From: Puniceicoccales bacterium
GTDB lineage: Bacteria; Verrucomicrobiota; Verrucomicrobiia; Opitutales; JAIRKQ01
DNA length: 32,000 bases
Assembly: GCA_031269795.1 (NCBI GenBank)
Contig: JAISYR010000011.1
Location: 1-32,000 of the forward strand
Reading direction: 5' to 3'
The stretch's first letter is position 1, and each line of letters begins with the position of its first letter. The notes under the pieces were generated by a model. That model was not told the origin of the DNA. It made no database searches and saw nothing but the letters and a program-made list of their open reading frames with translations. Of the stretch, positions 1-7,802 are shown piece by piece. The position numbers were made by a program, and so were the translations under genes.

Positions 1-893
1 TCTCTCCCTTTGCCACCATTTGCCAAATCAATGGTAATGAAACCATCCACAATTGGTTGCTGCCGGACTGCATACCCACTCGGAAAGGTGAATTGGTCAC
101 TGCTTAACATCTGCGTATACATTTTGATCAGCCGCTCCGGATGATTTCGGATTTCTGCATTGATGAGAGAACATATCGCGCATGTTGGCAAAGCCTCTTG
201 CCTGTGGGGAGTGAACAGGGATGCCACTATGACTTCAGCAGGCCTCAAAGGTGGTTCTCTGCCATTCGACATGGTGGCTAAAATTGATTGTCCATGTTCC
301 CCGACGGGGATACCGTTGGCAGCATCTAATCGGTCCCTTGAACCGTTTTTGTTAGTCCAAAGACATTCGCATACCCTATGCATTTGTGAACGCATGAGCT
401 CTGCGTGGGGAATGAAACGGTATGGTTCGGTCCTGAAATTTTCTGCATCCCCAAGAAACTCCATCCATCTTCTGAGCTTTACGACATCGATCTCACCATC
501 TTCTCCAAAACAATCCACTGCCACTTCATTTGCTATCGTTTGCCAAATCCCACGGGCTTCCCCTAGGGTCATGTTCCTTAGTCTGGCGCGAACACCATTC
601 CACAACGCATCATCTATGCTGTCGGTTCTGCCAAAAAACGCTCGCCTAACCCCGTCTTTCAATACCTGCCGTGGATTAACTGTAATAACCATGGGAGCAG
701 GAATTTCCACGTCTCTCAATGGTATGAGATGCGGTTGCACGATTGTCCCTTCTTCGGTTCTCAATGGCCAAGGATTTAAGCTATTTCTCAAACCATGCAA
801 ACTCGCTGCAGCCGATGATTCTTCATCTCCTGGAACTAATACTTCTCTCCGGGGGGCTATCCCACAATTCGTTACAACACTAGTACCATTCAT
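1..893 (-). CDS. hypothetical protein, 5' part only (ORF continues past left edge); possible papain/UCH-like Cys-peptidase motif
   Basis: Absent from the supplied ORF track because no stop lies inside the window. Hand translation of the minus strand from ATG (complement of 891-893): MNGTSVVTNCGIAPRREVLVPGDEESSAAASLHGLRNSLNPWPL...HRQEALPTCAICSLINAEIRNHPERLIKMYTQMLSSDQFTFPSGYAVRQQPIVDGFITIDLANGGKGR. That is 297 codons with no stop down to base 1. The listed + ORF 160..906 (Cys/Ser/Pro-rich, no motif) is its antisense shadow. Confidence 0.6.
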   Translation of the reverse strand, partial: MNGTSVVTNCGIAPRREVLVPGDEESSAAASLHGLRNSLNPWPLRTEEGTIVQPHLIPLRDVEIPAPMVITVNPRQVLKDGVRRAFFGRTDSIDDALWNGVRARLRNMTLGEARGIWQTIANEVAVDCFGEDGEIDVVKLRRWMEFLGDAENFRTEPYRFIPHAELMRSQMHRVCECLWTNKNGSRDRLDAANGIPVGEHGQSILATMSNGREPPLRPAEVIVASLFTPHRQEALPTCAICSLINAEIRNHPERLIKMYTQMLSSDQFTFPSGYAVRQQPIVDGFITIDLANGGKGR

Positions 894-904
894 AGTTTTT
901 CCTT

Positions 905-1014
905 GATTATTATATCTGACAAGCACCTATCCAAAAAATCTTTTTATGGCAAGTGTTTTTTGCAAGAAATTTTACTTTTGTGGGATGGCAGAAAAGTTGG
1001 CAAAGCTATGGCGT
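905..1014. repeat. intergenic repeat copy 1 (partner 1455..1551), roughly 70% identical by eye
   Basis: Strings shared with copy 2: ttattatat; acctaNNNaaaaaaNctttttatgRcaag; ttttttR; aaagctRtggcgt. It lies between the tRNA-Pro 3' end and the start of the minus-strand gene at 893. On the minus strand both copies read TTGNCAtaaaaagNttttttNNNTAGGT, a possible -35/-10-like arrangement. Confidence 0.55.
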
Positions 1015-1089
1015 ATTTGACGGCGCACATTAAGCTGCTCAATAGCTTCGCATCTACTTTAAAATTTGATGTGTCCTTAGGAAGGTTTA

Positions 1090-1166
1090 TGGTCGGGGCG
1101 GCCGGACTCGAACCGACAACAACTTGCTCCCAAAGCAAGCGCTCTGCCAGATTGAACTACGCCCCG
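1090..1166 (-). tRNA. tRNA-Pro, anticodon UGG, CCA encoded
   Basis: Minus-strand sequence: CGGGGCGTAGTTCAATCTGGCAGAGCGCTTGCTTTGGGAGCAAGTTGTTGTCGGTTCGAGTCCGGCCGCCCCGACCA. Acceptor stem CGGGGCG/CGCCCCG. Anticodon stem CTTGC/GCAAG with loop TTTGGGA. T arm GTCGG-TTCGAGT-CCGGC. 77 nt. Confidence 0.95.
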
Positions 1167-1178
1167 ACATACTATCCA

Positions 1179-1262
1179 TGGTGCTCAGAACGGGACTCGA
1201 ACCCATACACCATAGGTACACGCCCCTCAAGCGTGCGTGTCTACCGATTCCACCACCTGAGC
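1179..1262 (-). tRNA. tRNA-Leu, anticodon GAG, long variable arm, CCA encoded
   Basis: Minus-strand sequence: GCTCAGGTGGTGGAATCGGTAGACACGCACGCTTGAGGGGCGTGTACCTATGGTGTATGGGTTCGAGTCCCGTTCTGAGCACCA. Acceptor stem GCTCAGG/TCTGAGC. Leu-type D loop GAATCGGTAGA. Anticodon stem CACGC/GCGTG with loop TTGAGGG. Variable arm of about 13 nt. T loop TTCGAGT. Confidence 0.93.
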
Positions 1263-1454
1263 ACAATCTTCATTGCATCAAAAAAGTTTTGCACCTAAAG
1301 GCAACAAAAAAACGGCTTCCCGTTATTTTCGTGCGGGGTATTTAGTTCTCGGTTAAGGATCAAGCGGAAGCCGAAAAGAGTGGACAAGCAGGACGAGAAG
1401 GATGTGAAAATGGGAAATGGACAGTTTAAGGGAGAGGCTAGATATTCTTTCTTT

Positions 1455-1551
1455 GGTTATTATATATTACCTACATAAAAAAACTTTTTATGACAAGCAT
1501 TTTTTATAAAACTTCTTACGGACAGCGGAAAAACTGATAAAGCTGTGGCGT
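1455..1551. repeat. intergenic repeat copy 2 (partner 905..1014)
   Basis: See copy 1. It lies upstream (minus-strand sense) of the tRNA-Leu/tRNA-Pro pair and downstream of ORF 1617..1994. Confidence 0.55.
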
Positions 1552-1616
1552 TCCCCTGGGCTTAGGGCCCCATAAAAAAACAAAGCTCAAAAATGATCAA
1601 AAAGGTCAAAGAAGCC

Positions 1617-1994
1617 TTAGGGATTCAACTTTTTAATTTCGGTGCTATAAACCCAAATCGCTGTTGTAGCAGTCTCTTCGAATTGGGATCCCCTCAATGT
1701 TCCAAATTCATAGGTTGGGGGAGTACCATCCACTTTTCTAACCGCCAGACGGGGAATATCCTGATGCATATACCAAGTATAATTACGGTCGCCAATAGGA
1801 TAGGCCTTCCCGAATTCCATAGTGTCCGGATTTAAGGCCAGTAAGGCATCTATGTCAATGTTCTCCGCATGATTACCAATATTGCTACCATTACCTTCTG
1901 TTTTCACACGCATGTAGCGGTATCCAAGTCTCCGTTGGGCTGCGGCCTGTTCTTTTAATTCTGCTATTCCTTCTAAAAAATTTGTATCGTCCAC
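1617..1994 (-). CDS. hypothetical protein (GTG start), possibly the 3' part of a frameshifted longer gene
   Basis: The ORF-track 125 aa has ordinary composition (…NPDTMEFGKAYPIGDRNYTWYMHQDIPRLAVRKVDGTPPTYEFGTLRG…). The start codon is GTG, with an in-frame TAA four codons upstream. It overlaps ORF 1891..2253 in another frame. No family recognised. Confidence 0.4.
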   Translation of the reverse strand: MDDTNFLEGIAELKEQAAAQRRLGYRYMRVKTEGNGSNIGNHAENIDIDALLALNPDTMEFGKAYPIGDRNYTWYMHQDIPRLAVRKVDGTPPTYEFGTLRGSQFEETATTAIWVYSTEIKKLNP

Positions 1995-2340
1995 AAACCC
2001 ATTTTAGAAAATTTCCCATACAAGTTAATCTATCATTAGACGGATGACTCGCACCGATTATACCAGCCGTGCGATTCTCTATGGATTCACCTGGAATGGA
2101 TGAACCTGGAGTCTTTTTATCCGATTGCTTTCGAATTCCATCACATGGGGTTCCCGAAACAAAGGATAAATTCCTATCCTCAAATTGTCCTTTGGCCCCT
2201 ATCTGTCCGCCTTTCTCGGCTAAACCTCCACCACCTCGCACTCGACCTACCATACCTTGACCCGGAGGGGAGGATAGTATAGCTTAATTGGCTTCTGTCA
2301 ACATAATTTCACTACACCGCACTTGTACTTTTCAAGGCAT

Positions 2341-2370
2341 AAAAACAATTGGGCAAAATCAAATTTTGCC
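2341..2370 (-). terminator. putative Rho-independent terminator downstream of the autotransporter gene
   Basis: Perfect 8-bp stem ggcaaaat(2352-2359)/attttgcc(2363-2370) with loop caa. On the minus strand it is followed by caattgttttta. It sits about 45 nt after the stop at 2415. Confidence 0.45.
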
Positions 2371-2414
2371 ATTTGATGCCAGGACATCAGAAGGTCGAAG
2401 TCGGGAAACACCCA

Positions 2415-3794
2415 TCAAAAAGAATATTCAGCACCGAGGGAAAGGTTATGGGTAAAAATATCCTTGTTAAATCTCGCGATGTAGGAACCAACAATGCTCC
2501 AGTGGACGTTCAATTTTTGAGAAGCCCCAAAAGATATAATAGCAGCACTCCGCGAAGGATGCCTAAATGCTGGAGCGAACTTGCCCAAACCCAAGTTATT
2601 ATCAAAAGAAAGGGTAGCAGTGGAATATTTCCACACTACCTGACATTCCCAACCAGTCTTCAAGGAAAGTGTCAACTTTTTATCCACCTGTTCCAAATCG
2701 GGGATTTCCTTTTCCATGTTGAAACCGATGACGGTGGTAAGGAAATCGTGGTTGACGGAAGAAACATGTTGTGCTCCCATCGCTGCTGCCGTTGACTCAT
2801 CGTACCCTTTTTGAGCAATACGGCTATAATTCGCCCGGAGCCATAGGCCGAATTGATAACCTTTGTAGGCATACAAATTTCTAACAAACTCCATACCCAT
2901 GAAAAAATTATTAGACCCAACTTTAGCATCAAAAACATTGGACCCTAAGTCGGTCCTACGCAATCTGTCATTGGTGCGGCTATATCCCATGGTAACCCCG
3001 ACGTTTGTTTTTAAATACCTATCGTTGAAGCATTCATAGGCTCCAAACAATTCAATCGTGTAAACGTCATGCTTAGCGGATTTTCCAAGGCCAGCAGCAG
3101 AACCAGAAAAAATTGTCTTCCCGTACGCGTATCCGAAAGCAACACCCATTCGCAGATATCTTTCGTTGGGAAATGTCCAAACGTCATCAAGCCCCATAAC
3201 GAAGCCACCCATGTGACTACTATACCCAAGTCCGGAGATCTTATTCTGACAAGCGTGACCATAGATGATATGAATAAATGGGTCAGCAAGACAACCTTTG
3301 ACACTTATCATGCGGTCGGCAAGGGCATTGGTAAGCAATGTATTGGCCGCCAATGTCAAAGATGCTAGCTCAGAATTAACATGGGTAACGACATATTTTG
3401 CTTCCCCATCATTTGTGTCAGGCCAAAACGCATACGTGTTTAACTGCAAGTCAGAATCTACGTTCCTTTCTAACATCAAAGGTTGTTCATTGGCCATGTC
3501 CCACCACCGACTTGCAACATTACGAACAGCCTGGTCGTTACTCAAATCCTCAGAGCGTATACTACGCATAAATTCCGCAAATTCAAGCCTTCTTTGGAGA
3601 GTGGGATCCGCTCTAAATCGAGCATCCACCACTTCTTCCATGCTGCCATGATTTAAAACTAAATTGGCAGTCTCTTCGGGAGTCATAAAAAAATCACCCC
3701 ACAGAGTATTTCCAGAAAATAATATCTTGCCCATGGCAACTACTATCAAGCAAACCTGGAACTTTCTTAAATTTAAACTAAGTTTTTTGATCAT
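2415..3794 (-). CDS. autotransporter-type outer-membrane protein (short passenger plus C-terminal beta-barrel)
   Basis: The C-terminal ~280 aa show alternating aromatic/Gly beta-strand patterning and end in LSLGAEYSF (terminal Phe), typical of the autotransporter beta-domain. The start at ATG 3794 gives MIKKLSLNLRKFQVCLIVVAMG, which is signal-peptide-like. The track start at 3842 is GTG and ATG 3839 is an alternative. Confidence 0.8.
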   Translation of the reverse strand: MIKKLSLNLRKFQVCLIVVAMGKILFSGNTLWGDFFMTPEETANLVLNHGSMEEVVDARFRADPTLQRRLEFAEFMRSIRSEDLSNDQAVRNVASRWWDMANEQPLMLERNVDSDLQLNTYAFWPDTNDGEAKYVVTHVNSELASLTLAANTLLTNALADRMISVKGCLADPFIHIIYGHACQNKISGLGYSSHMGGFVMGLDDVWTFPNERYLRMGVAFGYAYGKTIFSGSAAGLGKSAKHDVYTIELFGAYECFNDRYLKTNVGVTMGYSRTNDRLRRTDLGSNVFDAKVGSNNFFMGMEFVRNLYAYKGYQFGLWLRANYSRIAQKGYDESTAAAMGAQHVSSVNHDFLTTVIGFNMEKEIPDLEQVDKKLTLSLKTGWECQVVWKYSTATLSFDNNLGLGKFAPAFRHPSRSAAIISFGASQKLNVHWSIVGSYIARFNKDIFTHNLSLGAEYSF

Positions 3795-3909
3795 TTTTTT
3801 ACGTACTTTCTCTGTTTTTGTGCAAGTCAGTCCCTGCATCACTTATCCGCGAACATATAAAACCTCATACCTCTTCTTTTAGTACATTAACGCGTGCCTG
3901 TACTAATTT

Positions 3910-4287
3910 TCACCCACTGATCGAAACATAGCCAATCGAATAAACAAAAAACTGGTTAAAGTCAGGAAATTGGTACAAAAAATTATAGTTAACATCTCGC
4001 TTGTAAATTTTACGGGCCCTTTCCAATCTTTCCATGGTAGGATTATGAAGTTCAGCCATTTCACGCACAGCCAAACGCCTAGAAGGCATTTGGGTGCGTT
4101 TTGTTTGGCTAGTTTCCATCGGCACGGTAAATACGACATCGGCCTTCCCATATCTTAATGACTGTACCATCAGATTTTTGGCCCTTTTATTACTATCATT
4201 GGAAGCTACGAAACGTACCAAGCTATTGCTACTTCCATCGACGTAAACACACCACCCTCCCTTTGTATCTAAACCGCACATGCTCAT
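3910..4287 (-). CDS. hypothetical protein
   Basis: 125-aa ORF with an ATG start preceded by GAGGG 8 nt upstream (minus strand). No family recognised. The overlapping ORFs 3903..4151 and 3970..4158 look like shadows. Confidence 0.5.
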   Translation of the reverse strand: MSMCGLDTKGGWCVYVDGSSNSLVRFVASNDSNKRAKNLMVQSLRYGKADVVFTVPMETSQTKRTQMPSRRLAVREMAELHNPTMERLERARKIYKRDVNYNFLYQFPDFNQFFVYSIGYVSISG

Positions 4288-4367
4288 TTGATATCCCTCA
4301 AATTTTGCTTTTTGAAACTAAATTTTCTTTCGAAAATCAAACCTCTTTTGCGATAGACTTTATCTGC

Positions 4368-5282
4368 TTAAAAAATGTAACTAAAGTCCAGATTAGCTAA
4401 AAAGGAACCTACATCCTCAAGTTGTTGCTGAGGTACAGGTGCCTGGGGTCCTGCCGCCGTCGGCAAGTATTGATCAAAAAGTGCGGTACCATCCCGCTCT
4501 CGTATTGCCTCTTGATACTTTACATAGCTACGTCCACACTCACCTATTACCCGTTTTAGGTTATCTGGTCTTAAGACTAGCTTCGGGGCACACCAATCAA
4601 TGGCACTGTATACATCTACTTCTCGATCTTGCTCACTAAGGTAATCCTCACTTAACTCTTTTAGCGTTATACTATGTACTTTCCGAATAACTTCCTTTAC
4701 ATCTGGTAATTCTAATGGCACGTCTTTTACCGCCCTTAAAAACTTTGTCACTGCGTCTAAACGTTGTGACGCTTTTTCCTTTTCCATAATTTCAATTGGG
4801 AAAAAACGACTTACTTGGTTATCGCCTACCGACACTTGGCAAGAGACACATCCAGGATTTAAAACACGTTGTGCCAAAAGGTTCATAAATATCACCGCCT
4901 TCGCGTTAAACTCAGAAAATTCTTTCCCTGCTGCTTGCATCCTCGTTGCCAATGACTCTCCCGACTCCGCGACAATCGCCCCTGCCCTATCCCATAGCGC
5001 ATTCATGAGTGCAAAAGATTTGGCTTTTCTCGTCTCCTCATCTTCTAGAGGAGAATTGCCCATTTCCGTAATACGAACTGCTCTCTGCTCCAGTTCAGCC
5101 TCTGCTATTCCCGCTAGCTTGACAATAAAAGGTGCTGGGACCTGCGCAGGGACAGCGACTTGATGCCCCAGAGGTGCTGGGCCTGCATTTCCTGCCGCGC
5201 CAGGCACAGAATTTAGCCCTACCGGAGGAGGAGGAGGAGGAGGTTCGAAAGATGCATTATTTGGTCTTCGTGGTCTTGACAT
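4368..5282 (-). CDS. hypothetical protein with Pro-rich N-terminus (PPPPPPP…PGAAGNAGPAPLGHQVAVPAQVPAP)
   Basis: 304-aa ORF with an ATG start. Residues 1-50 are low-complexity Pro/Ala/Gly and the remainder has globular-looking composition. No family recognised. Confidence 0.7.
   Translation of the reverse strand: MSRPRRPNNASFEPPPPPPPVGLNSVPGAAGNAGPAPLGHQVAVPAQVPAPFIVKLAGIAEAELEQRAVRITEMGNSPLEDEETRKAKSFALMNALWDRAGAIVAESGESLATRMQAAGKEFSEFNAKAVIFMNLLAQRVLNPGCVSCQVSVGDNQVSRFFPIEIMEKEKASQRLDAVTKFLRAVKDVPLELPDVKEVIRKVHSITLKELSEDYLSEQDREVDVYSAIDWCAPKLVLRPDNLKRVIGECGRSYVKYQEAIRERDGTALFDQYLPTAAGPQAPVPQQQLEDVGSFLANLDFSYIF
5223..5243 (-). repeat. trinucleotide repeat (CCT)6-CCG encoding Pro7
   Basis: The plus strand reads c-gga-gga-gga-gga-gga-gga-gg at 5223-5243, which is codons 14-20 of the 304-aa ORF. 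Confidence 0.9.
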
Positions 5283-5445
5283 ATTCTATCTAATTTAAAT
5301 GTTGGTAAAAATTTTCCACCAAGACAAATCTTGATGTTGCCTAAGGGGTTACACGAAATTTATAGCAATGCAAGAAAAATTTGCATTTTAAAATTATTTT
5401 TTGAAAACCTTGAAAATATCATACGCAGCACAGATATAATCGGCA

Positions 5446-6639
5446 CTAGCGCGAGTAAGGACTAATAAATTTTCGCCTGGTCGGTTTTCCTAGTCGCTCC
5501 TCGCTCGAATTGCGGCAGTCCCATTCTATTTGATTTTCACTAAAACAGTTCAGTAAAAGTCCAATCATGAAAGAGAGCAATACCAGGTTAGACCCTCCAT
5601 AGCTTATGAAAGGAAGCCCCATACCCTTCGTTGGAAATAAACCAGTAACAACGCCAACATTGATTATCACTTGGTAAATTATGGTCAGGGCTATGCCATA
5701 GGATAGAAATTTGGTAAAATTACTGTGAAGTTTTTTCGCAGAATGCGTGACGGTTAGAAAAAATGTTAAATATATCGCCAATGCTGCAGTGGCAGCTAGG
5801 CTACCCAATTCCTCGCTGAATATTGGGAAGATAAAATCCGTATGGGCTTCCGGCAAATAAACCAGTTGCTGGCGCCCTTGTCCCAGGCCTCTTCCATACA
5901 ATCCACCGGAAGCAAAACCAAGCATCCCCTGCCAAAGTTGGTATGCTCCCGCCAATTTATTATTTTCAACGTCGAGAAACGCAACTATTCGCCCCATTCG
6001 GGTAGGATTCAGATATATTAAAATTGAGATGGCCAATAATCCACCGAATATTGCAAGCCATATGTACAATAGGCGGGTCCCTGCTAAAAACAATAGGGTT
6101 ATCGCCACCGCTCCAATCAACATCGCCGTACCGTAGTCGGGTTCTAGAAATATCAAACCACATATGCTAGCAACTACCAGCAAAGGATTCAAAAATCCAA
6201 TCCCAAAACTCGACCGATTGTTTTCGCTATTGTTCAAATATTGTGCCAACCAGAGTATCGTGGCAATCTTGGCAAATTCTGAAACTTGAATATTGAAACC
6301 TCCCATGGATATCCATCGTCTCGATCCATTGACCATTTTCCCAATACCTGGAATTAATACGATGACCAGAGCGGCGATAAAAAATGTTAAAATCCATAGG
6401 CAATGTTTTTTCAAAAATCTTAGGTCAACAAAGCATCCGGTCAAAAAAAAAGGAACACCGAGGACACACCACAGCAATTGTTTGTAAAAATAGTTCTCCG
6501 ATTTTATAAACGACAAACTTGCACTCGATAAAACAATGAGACCAAGCCCCACTAGTAACCCGGTACACAGTAAAATAAACCAGCCAGCTTTACGCTGGCT
6601 GAAATAACCATAATACGCTTCCAATTTCTCTAGAATCAC
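5446..6639 (-). CDS. ftsW: SEDS-family peptidoglycan glycosyltransferase FtsW (FtsW/RodA family)
   Basis: 397 aa, polytopic membrane protein with FtsW/RodA family motifs (…RWISMGGFNIQVSEFAKI…, …EAHTDFIFPIFSEELG…, …GMGLPFISYGGSNL…). Its position after murD supports ftsW. GTG start 8 nt after the upstream stop. Confidence 0.9.
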   Translation of the reverse strand: MILEKLEAYYGYFSQRKAGWFILLCTGLLVGLGLIVLSSASLSFIKSENYFYKQLLWCVLGVPFFLTGCFVDLRFLKKHCLWILTFFIAALVIVLIPGIGKMVNGSRRWISMGGFNIQVSEFAKIATILWLAQYLNNSENNRSSFGIGFLNPLLVVASICGLIFLEPDYGTAMLIGAVAITLLFLAGTRLLYIWLAIFGGLLAISILIYLNPTRMGRIVAFLDVENNKLAGAYQLWQGMLGFASGGLYGRGLGQGRQQLVYLPEAHTDFIFPIFSEELGSLAATAALAIYLTFFLTVTHSAKKLHSNFTKFLSYGIALTIIYQVIINVGVVTGLFPTKGMGLPFISYGGSNLVLLSFMIGLLLNCFSENQIEWDCRNSSEERLGKPTRRKFISPYSR

Positions 6640-6647
6640 GGAAACAA

Positions 6648-7775
6648 CTAATCTTTAATCTCGATGACAGGAATTTCTTCAAAATTTTCGAAAAAATCTT
6701 CACCCCTTGGTTCGGAAGTATGCGCAACAGGAGGCTTAGGCTCAGTTACTACTTTTTTTTGTGGAATTAGAAGCTTCTTACCTTCCTGCAATGAGGAATT
6801 GTTCCCAAGGTTATTCAATTTTATCAAATCCGCTTTTTCTACTTCCAAATCACGGGCGATTTTGTCGATGGTGTCACCACTTTTTATTACGTATAAATCC
6901 CCCGAAGTCTTCGAAGCCTTAGGTGCGTGTTGCGGTGAAAGAACTAGGGCATTGTCTTTCCTCGCTTTTACGCTACTCGTTTTGTCCGAAGTGACGGCTG
7001 TTTTGGTAGGAATGACTAGCTTTTGTCCAACGCGTAATTTGTTTGGATTGTCCATATTATTAGCCTCCTGCAAAGCAGTTTGCTTTATGCCGAAGTGTTT
7101 TGCAATCAAGGTCAAATTATCTCCCGGTTTTACGGTATACTTGCCATCGTCATCTAACACCCTTTGGGTTCCTGCCGAATTATTAGCGTTAAAATCTTTA
7201 GCCATGGATTCCGGAATAGTTAGCTTCTGCCCTATTATCAATTTATCAGAAGATAAATTATTCACTGCTTTTAACGATTTTACCGTAACTCCGTAGGCGT
7301 GTGCTATTTTGGATAAAGAATCGCCCGCTTGGACAGTGTAAACGGTCGTCTTTGCAGTCGTAACTGGCGATGGCCATTCGGATTTACCACCCTCAATCTT
7401 CAGTCGCTGACCAACTGCCAGTTTACTATCCTTACCCAGGCCATTGACAGCCATAAGCGTTGCCGGTGACATTTTTACCTTCCTGGCAATCCCATAGATT
7501 GTATCCCCCTTTTGGACGACATAAACTTCATAGGCCAGCTCAAATGCGCTAACATCTCTAAAAAGACGATTTTCCACTCCAGTTTCCTCGAATGATTGCC
7601 TCGGTTGGGTAGGTTTTCTCCTCGCATTTGCCCCATTAAAAGCTACTTCAGGTGCAATAGAAGAGGCAACATTGTTGTATTTTTTCCCACTAGCACCATC
7701 AAAAATAGAACATCCCGTCATCAGCAATGCGAATGGTGTAAAAACATATACAATTAACACGTTTTGCAATTTCAT
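6648..7775 (-). CDS. lipoprotein with four LysM peptidoglycan-binding repeats, no recognisable catalytic domain
   Basis: Signal peptide plus lipobox MKLQNVLIVYVFTPFALLMTGC. Four LysM units: YVVQKGDTIYGIARK…, YTVQAGDSLSKIAHA…, YTVKPGDNLTLIAKH…, YVIKSGDTIDKIARD…, each ending GQxLxIP. No HxxxD/HxH M23 motif seen. Confidence 0.9.
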   Translation of the reverse strand: MKLQNVLIVYVFTPFALLMTGCSIFDGASGKKYNNVASSIAPEVAFNGANARRKPTQPRQSFEETGVENRLFRDVSAFELAYEVYVVQKGDTIYGIARKVKMSPATLMAVNGLGKDSKLAVGQRLKIEGGKSEWPSPVTTAKTTVYTVQAGDSLSKIAHAYGVTVKSLKAVNNLSSDKLIIGQKLTIPESMAKDFNANNSAGTQRVLDDDGKYTVKPGDNLTLIAKHFGIKQTALQEANNMDNPNKLRVGQKLVIPTKTAVTSDKTSSVKARKDNALVLSPQHAPKASKTSGDLYVIKSGDTIDKIARDLEVEKADLIKLNNLGNNSSLQEGKKLLIPQKKVVTEPKPPVAHTSEPRGEDFFENFEEIPVIEIKD

Positions 7776-7802
7776 ATTATAAGATCTATCCGTTTATAGT
7801 TG

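Noticed and set aside
160-906. 248-aa plus-strand ORF at the left edge
   Set aside because: Its Cys/Ser/Pro-rich composition has no motif, and it lies exactly antisense to a better minus-strand ORF (1..893) of normal composition. I treat it as a shadow ORF.
1300-1330. Hairpin aaaacgg-cttc-ccgtt flanked by an A-run and a T-run, between repeat copy 2 and tRNA-Leu
   Set aside because: Only 5 G/C-containing base pairs. It sits between a putative promoter and the tRNA genes, where a terminator makes little sense. This is not enough to call it.
1368-1445. Purine-rich tract that loosely resembles the minus strand of 10335-10420 (gaaaagag.gga…ggagagg)
   Set aside because: The similarity is short, gapped and explainable by shared purine bias. 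The two tracts are in opposite orientation relative to their neighbouring genes.
5367-5387. Hairpin aatgcaa-gaaaaat-ttgcatt after ftsW, considered as a possible terminator
   Set aside because: The T-rich tail follows it only on the plus strand, where no gene ends. On the ftsW (minus) strand the trailing sequence is not U-rich.
6664-7296. 210-aa plus-strand ORF inside the LysM gene. Similar long antisense ORFs occur inside clpC (16429..16965, 17155..17787), waaA (21572..21940), the TrmH gene (23007..23381), lpxI (23715..24125) and ftsK (29034..29528, 29703..30077)
   Set aside because: All lie antisense to genes with unambiguous family motifs, and all have skewed, motif-less composition.
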